From NCBI RefSeq assembly GCF_004010195.1, contig NC_057718.1, forward strand, positions 66,836,179 through 66,900,178: a stretch of DNA of 64,000 nt, written 5' to 3'. The DNA is from Chiloscyllium plagiosum. Its lineage: Eukaryota. Below the pieces are notes generated by a model. It made no database searches. It was not told where the DNA came from and worked only from the letters and a program-made list of their open reading frames with translations. The position numbers were made by a program, and so were the translations under genes. Positions 62,955-64,000 of this stretch are shown here, piece after piece (within the stretch, counting starts at the first letter, position 1; the number at the start of each line of letters is the position of its first letter).

Positions 62955-64000
62955 TTCTGGATGTGGGTTTGCTCACTGAGCTGGAAGGTTCATTTCCAGA
63001 CGTTTCATCACCATAACTAGGTAACATGTTCAATAGGCCTCCAGGCGAAGCACTGCTGATAATTCCTGCTTTCTATTTATATGTTTGGGTTTCTTTGGGT
63101 TGGTGATGTCATTTCCTGTGGTGATGCCATTTCTTGTGGTGATGTCATTACCTGTTTATTTTCTCAGGGAGTGGTAGATGGGGTCTAACTTGATGTGTTT
63201 GTTGATAGAGTTCCAATTGGAATGCCATGCTTCTTGGAATTCTCGTGTGTGTCTCTGTTTGGCTTGTCCTAGGATGGATGTGTTGTCCCAGTCGAAGTGG
63301 TATCCTTCCTTATCTTTATGTAAGGAGAAAGTGAGGTCTGCAGATGCTGGAGATCAGAGCTGGAAATGTGTTGCTGGAAAAGCGCAGCAGGTCAGGCAGC
63401 ATCCAGGGAACAGGAGAATCGACGTTTCGGGCATAAGCCCTTCTTCAGGAAGGGCTTATGCCCGAAACGTCGATTCTCCTGTTCCCTGGATGCTGCCTGA
63501 CCTGCTTATCTTTATGTAAGGATAGTAGTGAGAGAGAGTCATGTTGTTTTGTGGCTAGTTTATGTTCATGTATCCTGGAAGCTAGTTTTCTGCCTGTTTG
63601 TCCAATGCAGTGTTTGTTACATTTCTTGCAAGGTATTTTGTAAATGACATTAGTTTTGCTTGTTGTCTGTATAGGGTCTTTCAAGTTCATTAGCTGCTGT
63701 TTTAGTGTGTTGTTGGTTTTGTGGGCTACCATGATGCCAAGGGGCCTGAGTAGTCTGGCAGTCATTCCTGAGATGTGTTTGATGTAGGGGAGAGTGGCTT
63801 GGGTTTCTGGACATGTTTTGTCTGCTTGTTTGGGTTTGTTGCTGAGAAATCGGTGGACTGTGTTCATTGGGTACCCATTCTTTTTGAATACACAGTATAG
63901 GAACTATGCAGAGCAGAGGAAAATCATCTATATCTAGTATGGTGATGAAACGTCTGGAATTGAACCTTCCAGCTCAGTGAGCAAATCTACATCCAGAACC
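62955..64000 (-). mobile_element. Penelope/Poseidon-type PLE 3' part with GIY-YIG endonuclease and inverted terminal copy
   Basis: TLPYIKHIS...NVIYKIPCKKCNKHCIGQTGRKLASRIHEH (63445..63867 -); 62955-63020 is the reverse complement of 63935-64000. Confidence 0.88.
63327..63504. mobile_element. Young PLE pLTR insertion with a perfect 57-bp hairpin, nested in another PLE
   Basis: Arms 63387-63443 and 63449-63505; 18-bp TSD cttatctttatgtaagga at 63309 and 63505. Confidence 0.9.

Noticed and set aside
50958..64000. Pore exon (GYG filter) and CNBD exons of the channel
   Set aside because: Not found by eye and the region is almost all repeats, so they are presumably downstream of the window. The S1-S2 exons were likewise not found in 1-6962.

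Overview
Eukaryotic, repeat-saturated DNA. The HE1/V-SINE, CR1, Rex1 and Penelope-like repeat content points to a cartilaginous fish (shark); this is inference. The window lies inside one large + strand gene, of which three phase-0 coding exons are visible: 6963-7070, 32633-32773 and 50799-50957. Spliced together they give an uninterrupted 136-aa segment spanning the S2-S3 linker, S3, S4, S5 and the turret of a highly divergent HCN-family (hyperpolarization-activated, cyclic-nucleotide-gated) channel. It has extra introns relative to HCN1-4 and substitutions at residues known to control voltage sensing and gating polarity: S4 R->N, QWE->YWK, the S5 Asn partner ->Tyr, and CHWDGC->CHWNAC. The pore filter, CNBD and N-terminus are outside the window. 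The introns (25.6 kb and 18.0 kb) are mostly mobile elements: CR1 and Rex1 LINEs; a single-ORF LINE whose 5' end is a tRNA-like head plus a DeuSINE-like body; tRNA-derived V-SINEs; an ERV LTR with a tRNA-His primer binding site and a solo LTR of the same family; Gypsy-type remnants; a pogo/Tigger-type MITE; and more than a dozen Penelope-like terminal fragments. The Penelope-like fragments carry minimal hammerhead ribozyme motifs, form palindromes, and in several cases are associated with copying of local DNA. Repeat boundaries are approximate unless a TSD or terminal motif is quoted.
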